Origin: Takakia lepidozioides
Taxonomy: Eukaryota > Plantae > Bryophyta
Length of the DNA: 64,000 nucleotides
Reading direction: 5' to 3'
NCBI GenBank assembly: GCA_030704615.1
Contig: CM060734.1
Location: 11,656,001 to 11,720,000 of the forward strand
The translations under genes were made by a program, and so were the position numbers. Each line of letters opens with the position of its first letter. The first letter of the stretch is position 1. The notes beneath the pieces were generated by a model. It did no database searches and was not told the origin of the DNA. It saw only the letters and a list, made by a program, of their open reading frames with translations. Shown here piece by piece: positions 11,253 to 24,732 of the stretch.

Positions 11253-13195
11253 GGAGCATGCTGGGGCTTGGAGCGGTGCTCACACAGGTGGATGATGAGG
11301 GAAGAGAGTTCATAGTGGCTTATGCTAGCCGCTCGAACAACGCTGCAGAGTCTAAGTATAGCTCATATGAGGGAGAATGCTTAGCTGCAGTGTGGGCCGT
11401 GGCACACTTCAGGTGCTATCTATACGACAATATCTTCACCCTTGTCACGGATCACTAACCACTCAAGTGGTTGATGGAGTCAGACAAGCTTACGGGGAAG
11501 CTTGCACGATGGGCACTCATCCTTCAAGAGTATGACTTTCAGGTTGTGCATCGACCGGGTTTGGTCAATCGGGATGTAGATGGGTTGAGTCGCAATCCAT
11601 GCACGAGCCAACAGAATGATACTGGAGCTCGGTGGCATGGTGAGACGGACGAGGAGATAGTGCCCGGATGGCATGCATCTACATTTCTGTGTATCTTGGC
11701 AGCGGAAGGCCAGGTTGGACCTACAACAAGGATGACTGTAGACCGAGTGTCTAAGGACCCTGAGGCCAGCAATGAGCAAGGTGGCGCCAAAGATATACAT
11801 GAGGATTCAGCTGTGTTGGACTACCTCCGCACTGGAGACACGGCAGCCACTGTGACTGCCAAGGAGAGGGATCGGATCCTACAACGAGCCAAGAGGTTCA
11901 AGTGGGAGGGGACACACCTGCTCCGAGTGTGGGAGGATGGTCGAGTGAGGATTGTGCCTCACCCAACACAGCGGGCACGGTTAGTGTGGCATGCCCATGA
12001 GGAGTTGGGGCATTTTGGGGTGCGACGCACTCATAGTCTACTGCAGGGGCAGTATTGGTGGCGTGGTATGCACACAGAGGTGCAACAATTTGTGGCTAGG
12101 TGCATGGTGTGTGACAGGGTGCGTGCTTCATTCAACGCCTCTACTCCACAATTGCACCCTCTTCTGATCATGGGATTGGGCTACAGGTGGAGTCTTGACT
12201 TCGTAGGGCTGTTGTCACTGACCATGCGCCACAACAAGTACGTATTGGTGATGGTGGAGCACTTCTCCAAGTGGATCGAGTTGGTTCCATTGCCTGATAA
12301 GGCTAGTGAGGGAGCTGCGTATGCATTCTTGGATTGTGTACTTAGCCGATTCGGTGCTCCAGCTGAGGTACTCACGGACCAAGAGAGAGAGTCCTTGGGG
12401 GAGTTTCAGGCGTTGTGTGACAAGGCCTTGGTAGACCACCGCACCACTTCTCGGGATCATCCTGAGGCCGATGGCCTGGCAGAGAGGGTTGTTCAGACAG
12501 TGAAGAGGGGTTTGCGCAAGTATGGCTTGCAGAAGGGACACTTAGGAGATTGGGAACTTCAGTTACCTTGGTTAGCCATGGGCTATAGGTTCAGCAAGCA
12601 TCACTTGCCTCCTTCTCACCATACTTTCTTCTCTTTGGCCGAGAGCCGGATTTGCCTGCATCCATTCGTAGAGAAGCTGCTACAGTTCTCAACCTTGACA
12701 ATCCGGATATGTGGGCACGTGCATGTGATCAGCGTGCAGAGTTGTTCAAGAAAGTCATGCCCATGGCTTTCGAGAACCTTACCATTGCACAACATCATGA
12801 TACGTTGAGGTATGCTATCATACGTGGTGGGGGCTATCGTCCTGGGGTTCGGAGATTTAACCCTGGTGACTATGTTTATCTGCAGCAGACTGCTCCTACG
12901 ACCTTGGATGTGACTGCAGGACGTACTATTTTGAGGGTTCGAGAGGTGTTGCCCTCAGGAGTCCTGATCTTGGAGGGTCGGGATGGCATGATTTGGAAGG
13001 ACCATGTGCATAAATGCGCGCCATGTCACCTTCCAAATGTTGATGGAAGGGTTGACCCAAACCTGACAGTGGTACCCGCAAGCCACCATGCTGGTGTGTG
13101 ATCAATGCTCTAGAGGTTGGCATATGGGATGCTTGACTCCACCTCTTGAGATGGTTCCTGATGGGGATTGGTTATGTCCGCATTGCATTGGATAG
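11253..13195 (+). pseudogene. pol: RNase H, integrase and partly deleted PHD finger of copy 1
   Basis: ORFs 11258..11458, 11471..12808 and 12652..13101. The tail reads MLVCDQCSRGWHMGCLTPPLEMVPDGDWLCPHC*; the first CxxC is lost by deletion relative to copy 2. Confidence 0.9.
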
Positions 13196-13452
13196 TGGGA
13201 GTGGATACAACCATGGAAGGCTAACAAGAAATGCAAGGCCAAGCTACTAGGAGACCAACACACGAGATCCTGACTCAAGTTCACAGATTGCAAGACGGCG
13301 ACTAACGATGGGGTTGCTCTTGTACCCGGCCTCTTGGTCTATAGAGTTTGAGTACAATAGGGACAATGATAGAGGACTTAGTACGGCTGTGGCTATTATA
13401 TCTTGTAGCTATCTGGAGTTAGAGGGACCTAACCACCAGCTAGGGGGGCGAT

Positions 13453-13537
13453 TGTGGTATAGCTTTCTAGGATTATGTGCTTAGATTGTGTGGTGGACAG
13501 CGATGTATGTTGTGGCACGATGCTTAGGTGCACGACA
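13453..13537 (+). repeat. Very short (85 bp) 3' terminal repeat/LTR of copy 1
   Basis: Directly follows the PPT. Runs TGTGGT...CACGACA, with the same termini as the A repeats at 33008, 33389, 48750 and 49255. Confidence 0.65.
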
Positions 13538-14639
13538 ACTCGTGTATTCCATCAATCTGCAACCCATCAAAAACTAAGGCTTGCATGGCTTTAAGAATTA
13601 CTACAGCAAGGACATTTGTTTGTTTTCCAAGTTCTTGCATAAGATGCACCAACCAACATTGCATTGTGAGACGCTCACTCACTATACTCCACAGCGTCCA
13701 GGGAAGGTCTGTTCAGTACAAACAAAATTTGTTACGTTGTGGGAGTTGCTGCAAACCATGAATCTGAGTTGGAAACGTTGTGTGTTTGTCACCTAGAGCG
13801 ATGAAGACGAGTGGCACTTAAAATCAGACTGTGTTCGGTACGCCACAAATTTCTTACTGTTTGGATATAGGCCCCAACTCCAAATTGGTTGCTAACCACC
13901 TTCTCCCCTTATGGTGTCGTATGTGCTCATGGAGCAAGGAGGGACTGCTTGTTCATTGCACTTTTTTGTTTTCTCTTGCCCTGCCCTCCTATGTCAATCT
14001 TCCCCCCCTCCTCTGGATTATCCAGGTTGTGCACTGGTCTATATCCAAGGTTTCCATCAAGGCTGCAAAGATGGATGAGTGCATTGCCTCTTTCTCACAA
14101 TTGCAGAGTGTGGCAAGGGCATGCTTTAGCTTGTGTACTGGGTGGCTATCATTGCACAATCCCTCCCATTGTCTTCTGTCCCTCTCTACTGCTTGATCAT
14201 GTGTTTTGTGAATGCTACTTGATATGTTCTTATGTATCACCTCAGTCTGCATGTCTATTGTCACAACTCTTCCAACTTATACTGAGATTGGACATTGCTC
14301 ACCCTTGGCCCAACTTCACAACAAAGTCCATGACGAATTCCACTGTAGCCAACAACCTAGATCATCATCACAACACGTACATGATCGTTCAAATTTCTAT
14401 GCAATCACTTCCAACCATGGAAGTTCGCAATGCAAAGTTGTCGGTCTCATGCGAGTCTGCTGCAGGTAATTGCCTGTTTCCCATTCCCTTCAAAGCTGTT
14501 ATTCACATGTCATACATATATCCGACTGCCCATAATTTTCCTATATGATTCAAGGTCCCTCCTTGATGGGAATGTGCCTTGAAATACTCCCGCTCAAATT
14601 GGAGGAACATTCTGCAGATTGGATGAAAATTCTGAGCCA

Positions 14640-15255
14640 TTCTTCTCGTTCGGGAAAGCCCCTGCCCGCGGGCCTTCCACGATTTTCGGGGTGCCAGCCT
14701 CGGGCTAAGGGCCAACTTCCATGTATCGGCAATCGGCCAAGTTGGCACTAGATGACAAAAATGACGACTTGCTTCCATGCGTGAATTTTAGCCGTCGCCC
14801 AGATATCGGTGACCGACATTGGTGAGCGCAATACCTGGGAATTTGGCGCCAGAGTTCATGGCCGATATCGGTACTTGCTTTTCACCTGTTGTACTGGGTT
14901 ACCATGTCTCTTCTACCTGCTGTGAAGGTCACATTTGTGCACATTGCTCATTATTGCTCGTCTCTCTTGACTCGGACATCGCTCTTGCGGGACCACCCTT
15001 TGCCAAGTGACCGGCTCAATTGGTCCTGGCCTTGGACAACGATGCACACCTGTTGCCCGATTGCCTTTTAACCCTATGCACATAAAAACAACCATCCATG
15101 CCACCAGTCGGCCATGCTCCACCGACGTCGGCAAACTTTGGATAACTTGGCCGATTTGGCCGAGACATGGAAGTTGGCCCTAACGCCCTCGGCAGCCCTT
15201 AAATCGTGGAATGCCCTCGAGCATGGGCCTTCCCCTACGCGTAAAAGTCTCATCA
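14640..15255. mobile_element. Non-autonomous foldback/MITE-like element with long (>100 bp) imperfect terminal inverted repeats
   Basis: 14640-14746 (...TTCCACGATTT...AGGGCCAACTTCCATGTATCGGC-AATCGGCCAAGTT) is the reverse complement of 15143-15255. Exact ends and TSD are not resolved. Confidence 0.65.
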
Positions 15256-15874
15256 TACTCGCTCTAAGTTAATGCAGGAATTTAGAATAAGTTTGCATTG
15301 ATGGATCATGCAGACCTGTCAAAATGGAGGGCGGGTCCGCCCTTCAAATCTCAACCATGAATGTGGTGCGCTTGATTGTGTGACTTGCATAGTGAGAAAT
15401 GGAACATGTTCGTGGTGGGACTCCAAGAGCAAGAAAGGTTGAATAACTTTAGCCTAAGGAAGAACTTGGTTGGTGCTGACCCCAGTTAAGATCTCATAAG
15501 GTTGAGAAATGAAGGCACGGGATTGGCCGGCACCCAAGTGTGGTCACAATTTGGTCAGAAGACTTACAGCGCAGCAGCGAGGTGCTTTCTAGGGATTTTT
15601 TTTTCTCGGGAGGGAACCGTGCTGGGTGGTCGGCCACCCAATACATGTGTGTGCAACCCGGGGCATGGCTGCTGGCTCGGTCATCTGCACCTCTGATTGT
15701 CCTGGGGAGATTAGGAGGACCCATTTGCTGGGCAGGCCAGGAATTGGAAGCTTCGGGTGGTGGTGGGATAGTGTGGGAGAAGAGGGTGCGTGTGGAGGGA
15801 TGTGCGTGGTGGGCTAGCTGAGATTTGGAAAGGTTTGTTAAGCTCCAGATTGAGGGTGGGGAAGGCCTCCCACA

Positions 15875-17125
15875 ATGGTTTACTATTTCAAGGCCAGGCC
15901 TGAGGCAGGCGACTACACCATCTACATGGGTCTGGACAAACATGAGAACGAAGACCTCATCAAGTACGGCTGGCCCGAAGATATCTGGTAAGAATGATGC
16001 GTTCACCCTAGAACTTGCAAATAGTTTTTTCGGTGCTTGTCTGTTTTCCTTGTTGGGATGCTTTTTTCTTTGCATGAGATGTAGGGAGCTCGCTGAAGAT
16101 CTGCCTTATCTAAGCGTAGATCAATTTCTGTGTGAGAGGGTGGCAAGAACTGAAACAGCAATGGAGTATGCGATGACTGTAGATTGATTTCTGTGTGAGA
16201 GGACGGCAAGAACTGAAGCAACAATATGGGTATGCGGTAAATGTATGTGGTCCAGGTTAGGGCATTATGTGGGTTCAATTTGGTTCATGCGGAACAAAAT
16301 TAATTAACATCCTGCGCTAGATAGTCATAGAGATTGAAGCTGATGTGGTCCACGCCGAAGGAGACACAGAGAGAAGTATGGGGGAACTCGAAGTTCTACC
16401 TTTGACAGGATGGTTAACGGATCGAGGAACCTTAGAGGGGGGGAAATTTTCCAGGAGGCGATGCAGAAAGTAAATGGTTGTTGGTTTTTGGGAGAAGGGG
16501 TTGGGAGAACAATAGAAAATGGGATTGGGTGGATGCAACGAAGTATTTCTGTGTAGTACGACGTCAAGAGGTATTCTGGAAAAAGAGACGAGGTCTTAAT
16601 ACTCTTGTCTTCTCAAGGAGATGGGAAGTGGAGAGTGTGTTTTGTGATAAAGAGGGACAAGAGAACTTGTATTGAAAGAGGGGTTATGTTACTGCAGAAT
16701 CTAATAACCTTTTCTGAAGGTGGAAGGTAGGTCTGGAGTCCAAGCTCCAGGACAAACAGGGAGCTAGATGGAATGTGAATAGGGATCTTGGGAAAAGGGA
16801 AAGAATAAGCAGACTTTCAGAGACTTTTGGAGATTGCTTCTCATAGGAGAGAGAATGTACTCAGAAGACTTTGTTTGCTGTTGCCTTGTGGCCATAGACC
16901 CCCTCACCCAGTTTGGATGGAAACATAGGGAATAGGCACTACCTTTTTGAGGGGCTCGCTCCAGTAGTGTGACTTACCTTGATACAAACCATTAGCTTGG
17001 GCTTTCCAGACTCTAGAAAGCCCTCCACACAAACATTAATCTGATGTGTGTCAGCAGCCCCAAAGTTATAGCCCAACAGGGCCAGGGCTTTAGGCTCAGC
17101 CTCAAGATTTTGAAAGTTGGTGAGC

Positions 17126-17160
<35 letters not shown>

Positions 17161-19057
17161 GAAGAAAGGAATGCAGAGTTTTGTTTGTGGGTTAAGTGCA
17201 GCAAGGAGCTTGGACTTGTACTCAGGCAGGAATAATGGGACAAAGAGATTCATAGGAATCAGGGGGGAAGATAGGAACATGAATGGAACAGAAAATGAAA
17301 GAAACCGTACTGTATTTGTGTATACTCTGAAGGTGAAAGCCCAGATGCCTATATTTATGACACTTGAGAGAATTGGTGTCATGGGAAAACGGTGCAGGTT
17401 CCATGTTGATAAGCTGTCATCAGCCCATGTTTACTTAAGGATGCAGAAGGGTCAAACAATGGAGAGCATCACACTGGAGCTCTTGGAGGATTGTGCACAG
17501 CTTGTGAAGGCCAATTCGATTCAAGGTCTGTTGTCATGAGACCTAGAAGCTACACTGCTTTGTCAGAGTCCTCCACTACATCTTTGGAGCAGCCATAAAC
17601 ATTTTCCTAAAACTAAAAGTGAGAATGTTGGTTTTGCTGGTTGTGTATTGTCTCCGGGGAGTGGTGATTTGGTAGTCACAGATACCCATAGAAAATTAAT
17701 TTTGCGTCACAACTGAGAGGTCTCATCTTTGTTGGGAGTCTGCACCTGAATTTGCTTGAAGGACAAGAGAGAGAGGCTAATTGAGTTGTAGGTGGTTGTC
17801 TGTAGGCAACAAACTCAATAATCTCGATGTTGTCTATACACCTTGGTTCAATCTAAGGAAGACTCCAAGCATGGACGTTGGCCAAGTTGGATTTCACAAC
17901 TCTAAGCTTGTAAGAGCTTTGGGCCCATCCAATTCTAGTTCTTAGTGTGTGATAGAAACAGGGAAGCGGCTCCTTGGATGTATTTGTGGAAGAATGAGTC
18001 GGGTGGTCAAAGAGCTCAGGGTTCTATTTATGTCTGAATGATGGTCCCCATATTGAATTATACTGGCTGGTTGTTGTTGCACTGAAAATAAGGGGTAGCC
18101 AAGATTCCACCAAGTGTATGGAAACTGCATAGAAATCACCTTTCTAGCAAGTTTTCTAATGTCTCTCGCAGCTGCTGTCTGTTTGCAGGTGCGCACAGTA
18201 AGGGTAGAGAAGCGTACCAATGAGATTGTCAACAGACTGAACAAGACCAAGGTCGAAAGGACACCGGATTTGAAGGGTATTTCCCTGTCCATAAAGGGAT
18301 ACAGGAATCCACTCATCCCAGCTCCTGTATTCTAAGTGTTACATGGTGCCCCATTGAGCTGTATATATGAAGGACTTGCCAACTGATAGTTGTAAATTGG
18401 CCAATTGTGGTGAAGTAACAAGTCTTGATATCAATGCTTGCATTAGTCTTGTCTTTGCAGATGAACTTGGTTTGTTTCTCAGAAAACTGTTGATTTTAAT
18501 TGACATTTTGTTTGCAGCTGAGAGGGAATTATACAATGCTGCGGAGAGAGCAGAGAGAAAGGCTCAAACTCGAGACAAGGTTCACATCTTATTAACTTCC
18601 ATTATCTTGGATTAGTGAGGGTTTAGGGTTTTGGAGTGAAACCTATAATGGGTTGGGCCTATGTTGCAGCTTCTGTAGTCAGAGGTACTCATCACAGCTG
18701 TCTGCTAATGCCTTTAGGGAGTGGAAGGGAGAGTCTTCATGCTGACAATTTACAGAGCAGTTTCAGTTGGGGGATGGGGGAGGCCATATGGCTCCTGCTC
18801 CTGGTTTTCCTATTGTGATATGTTTGACAATGGAGCAAACATAACAGTCTGAGTGGCATAAAATCATTATGTACTAATACCGTCGGAGCTGTTGTTTGCT
18901 GCAGAAACGGCGGGAAGAGATAGAGCGTCTTGAGAAGGAGAAGCAGGCTGAGGTGCGGAGCTACAAGGGGCTTATGGTGTCAGAGAAGATGACGTCTAAC
19001 AAGGACATTGCCTCCAAGGGAAAATCCCTGGCGGAGTTGGAAGAGGATTTCATGTGA
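15875..19057 (+). CDS. CCDC25: Coiled-coil domain-containing protein 25 (NFACT-R family), 6 exons: 15875-15987, 17398-17525, 17806-17909, 18189-18276, 18518-18579, 18905-19057
   Basis: Spliced protein [52 protein letters not shown]...[21 protein letters not shown]...[34 protein letters not shown]...EEDFM*. All introns are GT-AG and the phases match. Confidence 0.95.
16115..16245. repeat. About 63-bp tandem duplication in CCDC25 intron 1
   Basis: GTAGAT..ATTTCTGTGTGAGAGG..GGCAAGAACTGAA..CA..ATG occurs twice. Confidence 0.7.
17128..17157. repeat. (AG)n microsatellite
   Basis: Directly visible. Confidence 0.9.
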
Positions 19058-20484
19058 ATTGTCTGCATTCATCCTTTGGGCTTGGCAACAGAATGGAGTG
19101 GGGTTGTCAGAAGATGTACTCAATGTTACATCACTAAAAGGGAATGACAAATCAAATGTTCTCCAGTGTGGTTGAAGTTGGGTACCCAATGTATTTTCAC
19201 AAGCATCAGTACAATTTCCTGATGTTTCGGCTAGCCCTCAGCAGTTTTGCTTGTTGTTCCATATGTCTGAAACAGATTCACATCTTGCCTCAAACACCTA
19301 GGGATTGGTGCCCTGTCTTGGGAAGTTACAATTAGTTTGTAATTGGCACAGACTTATAAATCAGGATTTCGAGGCTAGGCTCACCAGGCCAGGAGACGCC
19401 CACAATAGAATTGAAGATTCACATATTTTTCCACAGGTTATGCCCAGAAAAGTGGGAAACCTGATCATAGAATCCAGAATATTCATGATACCAGGTCAAT
19501 CATTGAGTGCAAAGCTTGTTGTGTTTCACTGGTTGCCGTCATGTCTGCCAAATATCTATTTCCCTTGGTGTGTGTTGGGAATTCTGGACAAGACATGCCA
19601 TCTTGTGAAGAAGTGTGAAGCTGAGCTTTCAAGCCCCTCTCTGCCAGCCAGCAAATTGTAATGAAACAAGGATAATAGAAAGTAAGGCAAGGTTGTTTGA
19701 AAGGCAAACTGGCCGTTGATTGGAAGCAAAGAGTAGAAGGGCATGTTCTTGTTTTTGGTAGATGAGAAGGCTATGACATGGTAGGGTTTGGAGTTTGGAG
19801 CACCAAGACCATTGGCAACTTTATGACAAAAAATTTGTAAGTAGAAGTATAGCCATGGGGTTCCATAGAGTTCATAGTGAGTATGTAGTGGAAATTGTTG
19901 CAAGGTGGTGATGCCTAGAGTAGAGTTGGAATTCGAATAGCCCAGGGGGGTCCAAGTGGATATCGGCAACTATGAGTTAGAGTTAGAGTTTGAAGTCATT
20001 GCTTGGTTTTGGAATTGGTCATAGGCTTAGTGCATGTTTCTCTATAGCACAAATAATTGGTATATGGGACTTCATGTTAGAAATCGCCTCTCATTTTACA
20101 ATAATAGGGTCATGAACGCAAGCGTGCGAGAAGGACGGTGGGCCCCTCGTCCGGACGAGGGGCGCCCCCCCCACCCGCGCCCACCCGCCCGCCGCTGCCG
20201 CGGCTGCCCCCCCCCCTGGGCTCCGTCCACCGGCCTGTCTGCTGCGGCCGCTCCGCTGCGGCTAGTCCGCTCCCTCTAGTCCGCGTGTCCGCCCGCCCGC
20301 AAGATCTGGGCCGTCCACGACGAATCCCATCGCAGCCCTCCAATTTAGGGCCTTATCTCTGCCGCCTGCCATCTGCCACCAGCTGTAAACGTGGGTCCTG
20401 TTTCTCCGTGCACGTTCTCCATCGTGTCCTGCGGCGCTTTCGTTGCAGGTTCTTCTGGAGCGTGTGTTCTGCACTGTACAGGGC

Positions 20485-23400
20485 ATGGACGTAGGAGCGG
20501 AAGCCGACGACATTCAGCAATTTGAGAGCCGGCTTATATGCCCTCTTCGACAAAGTCTGCAAACACCGAAACCAGGACCTTTCAACAATAAGGACATCCA
20601 TTGGAAGTGTGAAACGCAATATGGGTTTAGCGGGGTGCAAGTGCGTGTTAAAAAGGCATGTATACCTTGGGATAGAGTTGCGGACTTCGTCCATGGAGAG
20701 GAGAGTGTGGAGGACTGCCCCACTCAATATTGGGTACATGTGCACAGTAAAGTGGACGTCGGAGTGCGGAAAGCTCCCAGAGGGAACACCTTCTTGAGCA
20801 GTATTATGTGTGCACCATCCTCATTGTGGTTTAGGGATGTCACTACATTGTTGTTGTGATTTGTATTTGTCTCCGACTGTGGCTTCCATAAGTCCATAGG
20901 TTGATATTTTGGCTTTTGAATTCCATTTGATAGGTATCAATGCTACTACGGACCCGACGACAAGCGCACGGTCAATGCAAGTGTCGAGGATCCAAAACAA
21001 AAGCGTGGAGGTCCGGATGTGGGTGCTGGCACTAAACACCCGCATAAAGGCCCAAGAAGGAAGAAGTCGGACTACGGAGAGTCGTACAAGCGCGGGTGCC
21101 TTTGTTGTTTCAAAGTGCAGCAATCTTATCTTGCCCCGGACATTTGTGTCCTCACATACTACAACAACATGGAGCACGTCGATGCCCTAGGGAAACCCTC
21201 CCATGGCAAGACCGCAGAGTTCAGGAACACACGGGCAGCCTACGCACCCCGCATTAGCCAGGAATTGAAAGCCTAGGTCGTTGAGTGTTTGTGCCGAGGC
21301 CTCATGGTCGCACAAATCATGATGGAACACAAGGAGCATGTCATGAACAACACAGGTTTGGGAGATGCATGGACACGTGATGATTTCCTCCTCGAGCAAG
21401 ATGTCCGCAACCTGGCTGAGAAACGGGCGTGGCAGACGTTCAAAAAGCATGCCAACGATGCCGACGGCGTCCGCATGTGGAAAGACCTGAACCCCGCATC
21501 AGTCTTCCTCTATCGAGAAGAAACATTGGCGCCAACCTTCAAGCATTACGATGGAGATTTGACATTCACTATTGGCATTCAAACTGAGTGGTAGAAGTAG
21601 AAAATGCTTCAATTGGGACATGCGCGTATCGTTGCATGCGATGCAACCTTCAAGACAAACCACCACAAGGTACGATCCCTCTTACTATTTCTGCAAATCA
21701 ATTGTTCGTAGGATGTTGCACATTGGAACCAACTAACATAGTGACATAGTGCATCTGAACAGTTCCCATTGTACACGTTGATGGTTTTCGACGAGTGGCT
21801 AAACGGTATACCAGTTGCGTACATCATATCCGCCAGGAATAGGACAACAGACCTGGTGCCGTGGATGACTACCTTGCGTGACCGACTCCACGCAGATATG
21901 CTGACCTGGCGACCCAATGCCTTCATTGTCGATGATGCGGACGCTGAAATCAATGCTATAAGGTGAGTCTTCCATACCTCAACAGACACCCACTGTCGAA
22001 GTCCTCTGGCATGCAACTGTCGTCATAGTGTGCTTTGGCAGAGTCTGTGGCATAGTCGCGTGCAACAGTTCCCTGAGAGACTCGCATGCGCGAGTCTGCT
22101 GGCAGACTAGACTCGGACCAAGTCGCGTGGGCAAGCCCGACTCGCCCGACCAAGTCGCTGGCAGACTTGCCCGGCCGAGTCCGCTGGCAGACTCGCAGGG
22201 GGGACTCTGCTGGCACCCTTCATGGGTCTGCTGGCAGACTTGGGAGGGGAAGTCGGCCCGCCAGACCCGTAGGCATGTCTTGCGACCAAGTTCGTGTAGG
22301 GGTTGGTGTGGAGTCTGCTTTGGGCTACTCGCTGGCAGACACGCCTGCCAGTACCCTGGCAGACTCGCATGCGCGATTCCGTTGGCAGACTCGACTCGGA
22401 GACTCCGCTACACACTTGTGGGTGAGTCCGCTTGCAGTCAACGGACCAACTCCGCTGGTAGACTTGCGTGGGCGAGTCCGCTGATACACTGAACGGGCCG
22501 AGTCCGCTGGCAGACTCGTCAGGCGGCGTCCGCCACAAGACTCGCAGGGCCGAGTCCGCTGCCACGCTTCATGGGTCTGCTAGCAGACTTGGGAGGGGAA
22601 GTCAGCCCGCCACATCCGCAGGCAATGTCTTATCACCAAGTCCGTTTAGGGGTTGGTGTGAAGTCTGTTGGAGGTCTCCAGCACTCGGATGGTGTCCACC
22701 AACCGGAGTTCCCTCTGAAGTGCCTCATGTGGATGTGTTATGTGCAGGGTTGCTTTCAAAGGAGTCTCATTTTCCTGTGCCTTTGGCATGTCCGCAAGGC
22801 ATGGGTAAAGCAATCATGCCAGAAGACCAAAGATCCCGTCACAGCAACAAACGTGTTGAAGGATATGGGAGACCTCATGTACTATAGAGGTGGACCAAGC
22901 GATCCCAAAAAAACGCTTCTATGGGTTGCCAAAACAATCAGGGACATGAGAAAGAAATATCGGAATGCCCAGGAATTTTTAAAGTACATCGACAAGGAAT
23001 GGTCTCCTAAAATAGCAATGTGGTGTACTGCTGCTCGTCATGTTCCACATGCCAGTCAAGACACAAATGCTAGCATTGAGGCATACCATGGAAACTTGAA
23101 GGCTAGACTGAGGATGGGGGAAAGCAAAATGACTGGTCGAAGAGTCGATTGGCTAATATGGGAACTCACGGGCCGTGTGCTCACACACTACTGGTACGCA
23201 ATTCATTTGAAGACGCATGGGTTCATACGCAATGACAAACAGGAAAAGTACATATCTAGCTCTGTGCTAGCGGCCAGGGACATTCCAGCAAGCAATGTGA
23301 CTCTACCCTTGGTGGAAGGACAACCAGCGTATGTACTAAGCAGCAATCACCCAGACACAACCTACATTGTTTACAACCCTGGATCGGATTGGGCTTCTTG

Positions 23401-23968
23401 CACTTGCCCATGGGCAATAAAAGACAATTTGTGCAAAAACCAAGTGAAAGTGTTGAAGTTGCTTCATCCCGACTTGCAGGATGGACTCATAGTGCGTGCA
23501 TGTGGCACGGCGCTCGGAACCATACATGGAGGATTGCATAATTTGATGTTGGATACAACGACTGTCGCGATGGACAGACTTGTGGAGGATTGTGACTTTG
23601 CACCCCTCAAGGAACCCGTCTACGTCCCACTGAGTATGACCGAAGAATGGTCAGATATACTTCGTATTGTGGGTAATGACAAGTACCTCGAGACACATGT
23701 GCTGTCGTGCCTTCGAATCTGTAGAGGACAACTTATTGATATCATGGCCAAAAGTGCTACTGGGATGCTACATCCTCGTGCAGCAAAACCTTTCCGACCT
23801 GTTGACGACACTAATAATTTGTCTCTGAAAAGGAAGAGGGATTTTGTCGAAGCATGGAAAACCCGACCCAGAGTCTTGCGGAGAACGCGCAATAGGGTGT
23901 ATGCACCTGCAACGAAAATATACTCTAGAATTGTTAAGGTTTCAGACCGTTGGGCGGGACCCAAGTAG
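20485..23968 (+). pseudogene. MULE-type DDE transposase with SWIM finger (resembles the plant AT1G60560/AT4G13970 family); exons at about 20485-20806, 20933-21669, 21763-21962, 22749-23968; premature TAG stops near 21274 and 21592
   Basis: IPWDRVADFVHGEE, KRGCLCCF, ACDATFKTN (D), FIVDDADAE (D), CLWH, TNASIEAYH (E), GRRVDWLI, SWIM CTCPWAIKDNLCKN. Introns are GT-AG. Confidence 0.85.
22035..22680. repeat. Intronic array of palindromic GAGTCYGC-TG-GCAGACTY units, including an internal duplication of about 350 bp
   Basis: The unit recurs many times (e.g. 22092, 22177, 22500). 22219-22320 is similar to 22568-22669. Confidence 0.8.
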
Positions 23969-24732
23969 ACAACATACTCACACAGCAAAACAATGTTATG
24001 CCATCATATTCCATGCAGAGAAATAAAAGGTCCACAATCTGCTTGAAAGTGCATACATGTTTGCATCATTAACAGCCTGGAAGTGCATTCCATCAGAGCT
24101 CAGAGTGCCCCACCGTCTAGTTGCGGAAGACTAGGCATTCTGCTCAATAGACCGCGGAAATGGCCAAACAGACTACTAAGCAGACTGCACAAGTACAGAA
24201 TAACACTGCCAAGTCTGCTGATGGTTTTCGGCTAACAGACTGGGTGGTCCAGCAGACATATAGTATGGACTGACTATGTGGTCTTCTGCACTGTCCATCG
24301 GACTGCTCCCACGGAGCGTACTCGCCCAGACACGGAGCCCAACTGCACACATATAAACTATGCATCAAAATGCCACACACTCTGCCGAGCAGACTGATGA
24401 GCGGCCAGCACACTGCGCGACAGACTTCTCAGCATGCAACAGACTAGCCGGCAGACTGCTCAGCGGCCAGCAGACTGCGTGGCAGACTGGTCAAACAGAC
24501 GGAGACTGCTGTAGTCTGCTAACAGTAATTAATAGTAGAACCAAATAGTCTGCCCAAGTGAGGACGTGGGGTGGTTGTCTACTGGACTGTATTGTTCGGC
24601 CATTGCACGACTTCTTTTGACGAACTTGCATAGGTGGGAACAGTATGAGTGCATGTAGGCCTTCATCTCAGAAAATATTACATACATTCAGAATGTGAAT
24701 TGAAACAACATTGAATGTATATATTTATTTCC

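Larger units (their letters stand above)
1000..13537 (+). mobile_element. Ty3/Gypsy LTR retrotransposon, copy 1 (gag-PR-DNMT-RT-RH-INT-PHD), degenerate and interrupted by a nested chromovirus at 5734-11252; 5' LTR not identified
   Basis: Domains in order: gag (LDDFIQEFDNWC), two zinc knuckles (CWTCGGPDVKKDC, CGHCGKYGHGDAQC), protease LLDSGA, C5-MTase motifs I-X, RT (RMCGDYRPVN, CYIDDII), RNase H (PFQLH/DWSMLGLGAVL, split by the insertion), integrase (HEELGH..CMVC, SLDF, TDQ, ERVVQTVK), PHD. Followed by PPT AGGGGGGCGAT and a TG...CA terminal repeat at 13453-13537. The 5' boundary is approximate. Confidence 0.9.

Noticed and set aside
15494-16187. ORFs 15494..16075 (-) and 15825..16187 (+) as genes
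   Set aside because: They are off-frame or antisense shadows of CCDC25 exon 1.
16320-17000. Possible decayed LINE in CCDC25 intron 1
   Set aside because: The composition is suggestive, but no diagnostic motif could be read.
21270-21602. In-frame TAG stops rescued by U-to-C RNA editing
   Set aside because: Reverse editing is an organellar process. The paralogous copy has sense codons here, so these are ordinary deamination lesions.
22035-22680. CRISPR-like repeat-spacer array
   Set aside because: Repeat lengths and spacing are irregular, the spacers are themselves duplicated, there are no cas genes, and it lies in a GT-AG intron.
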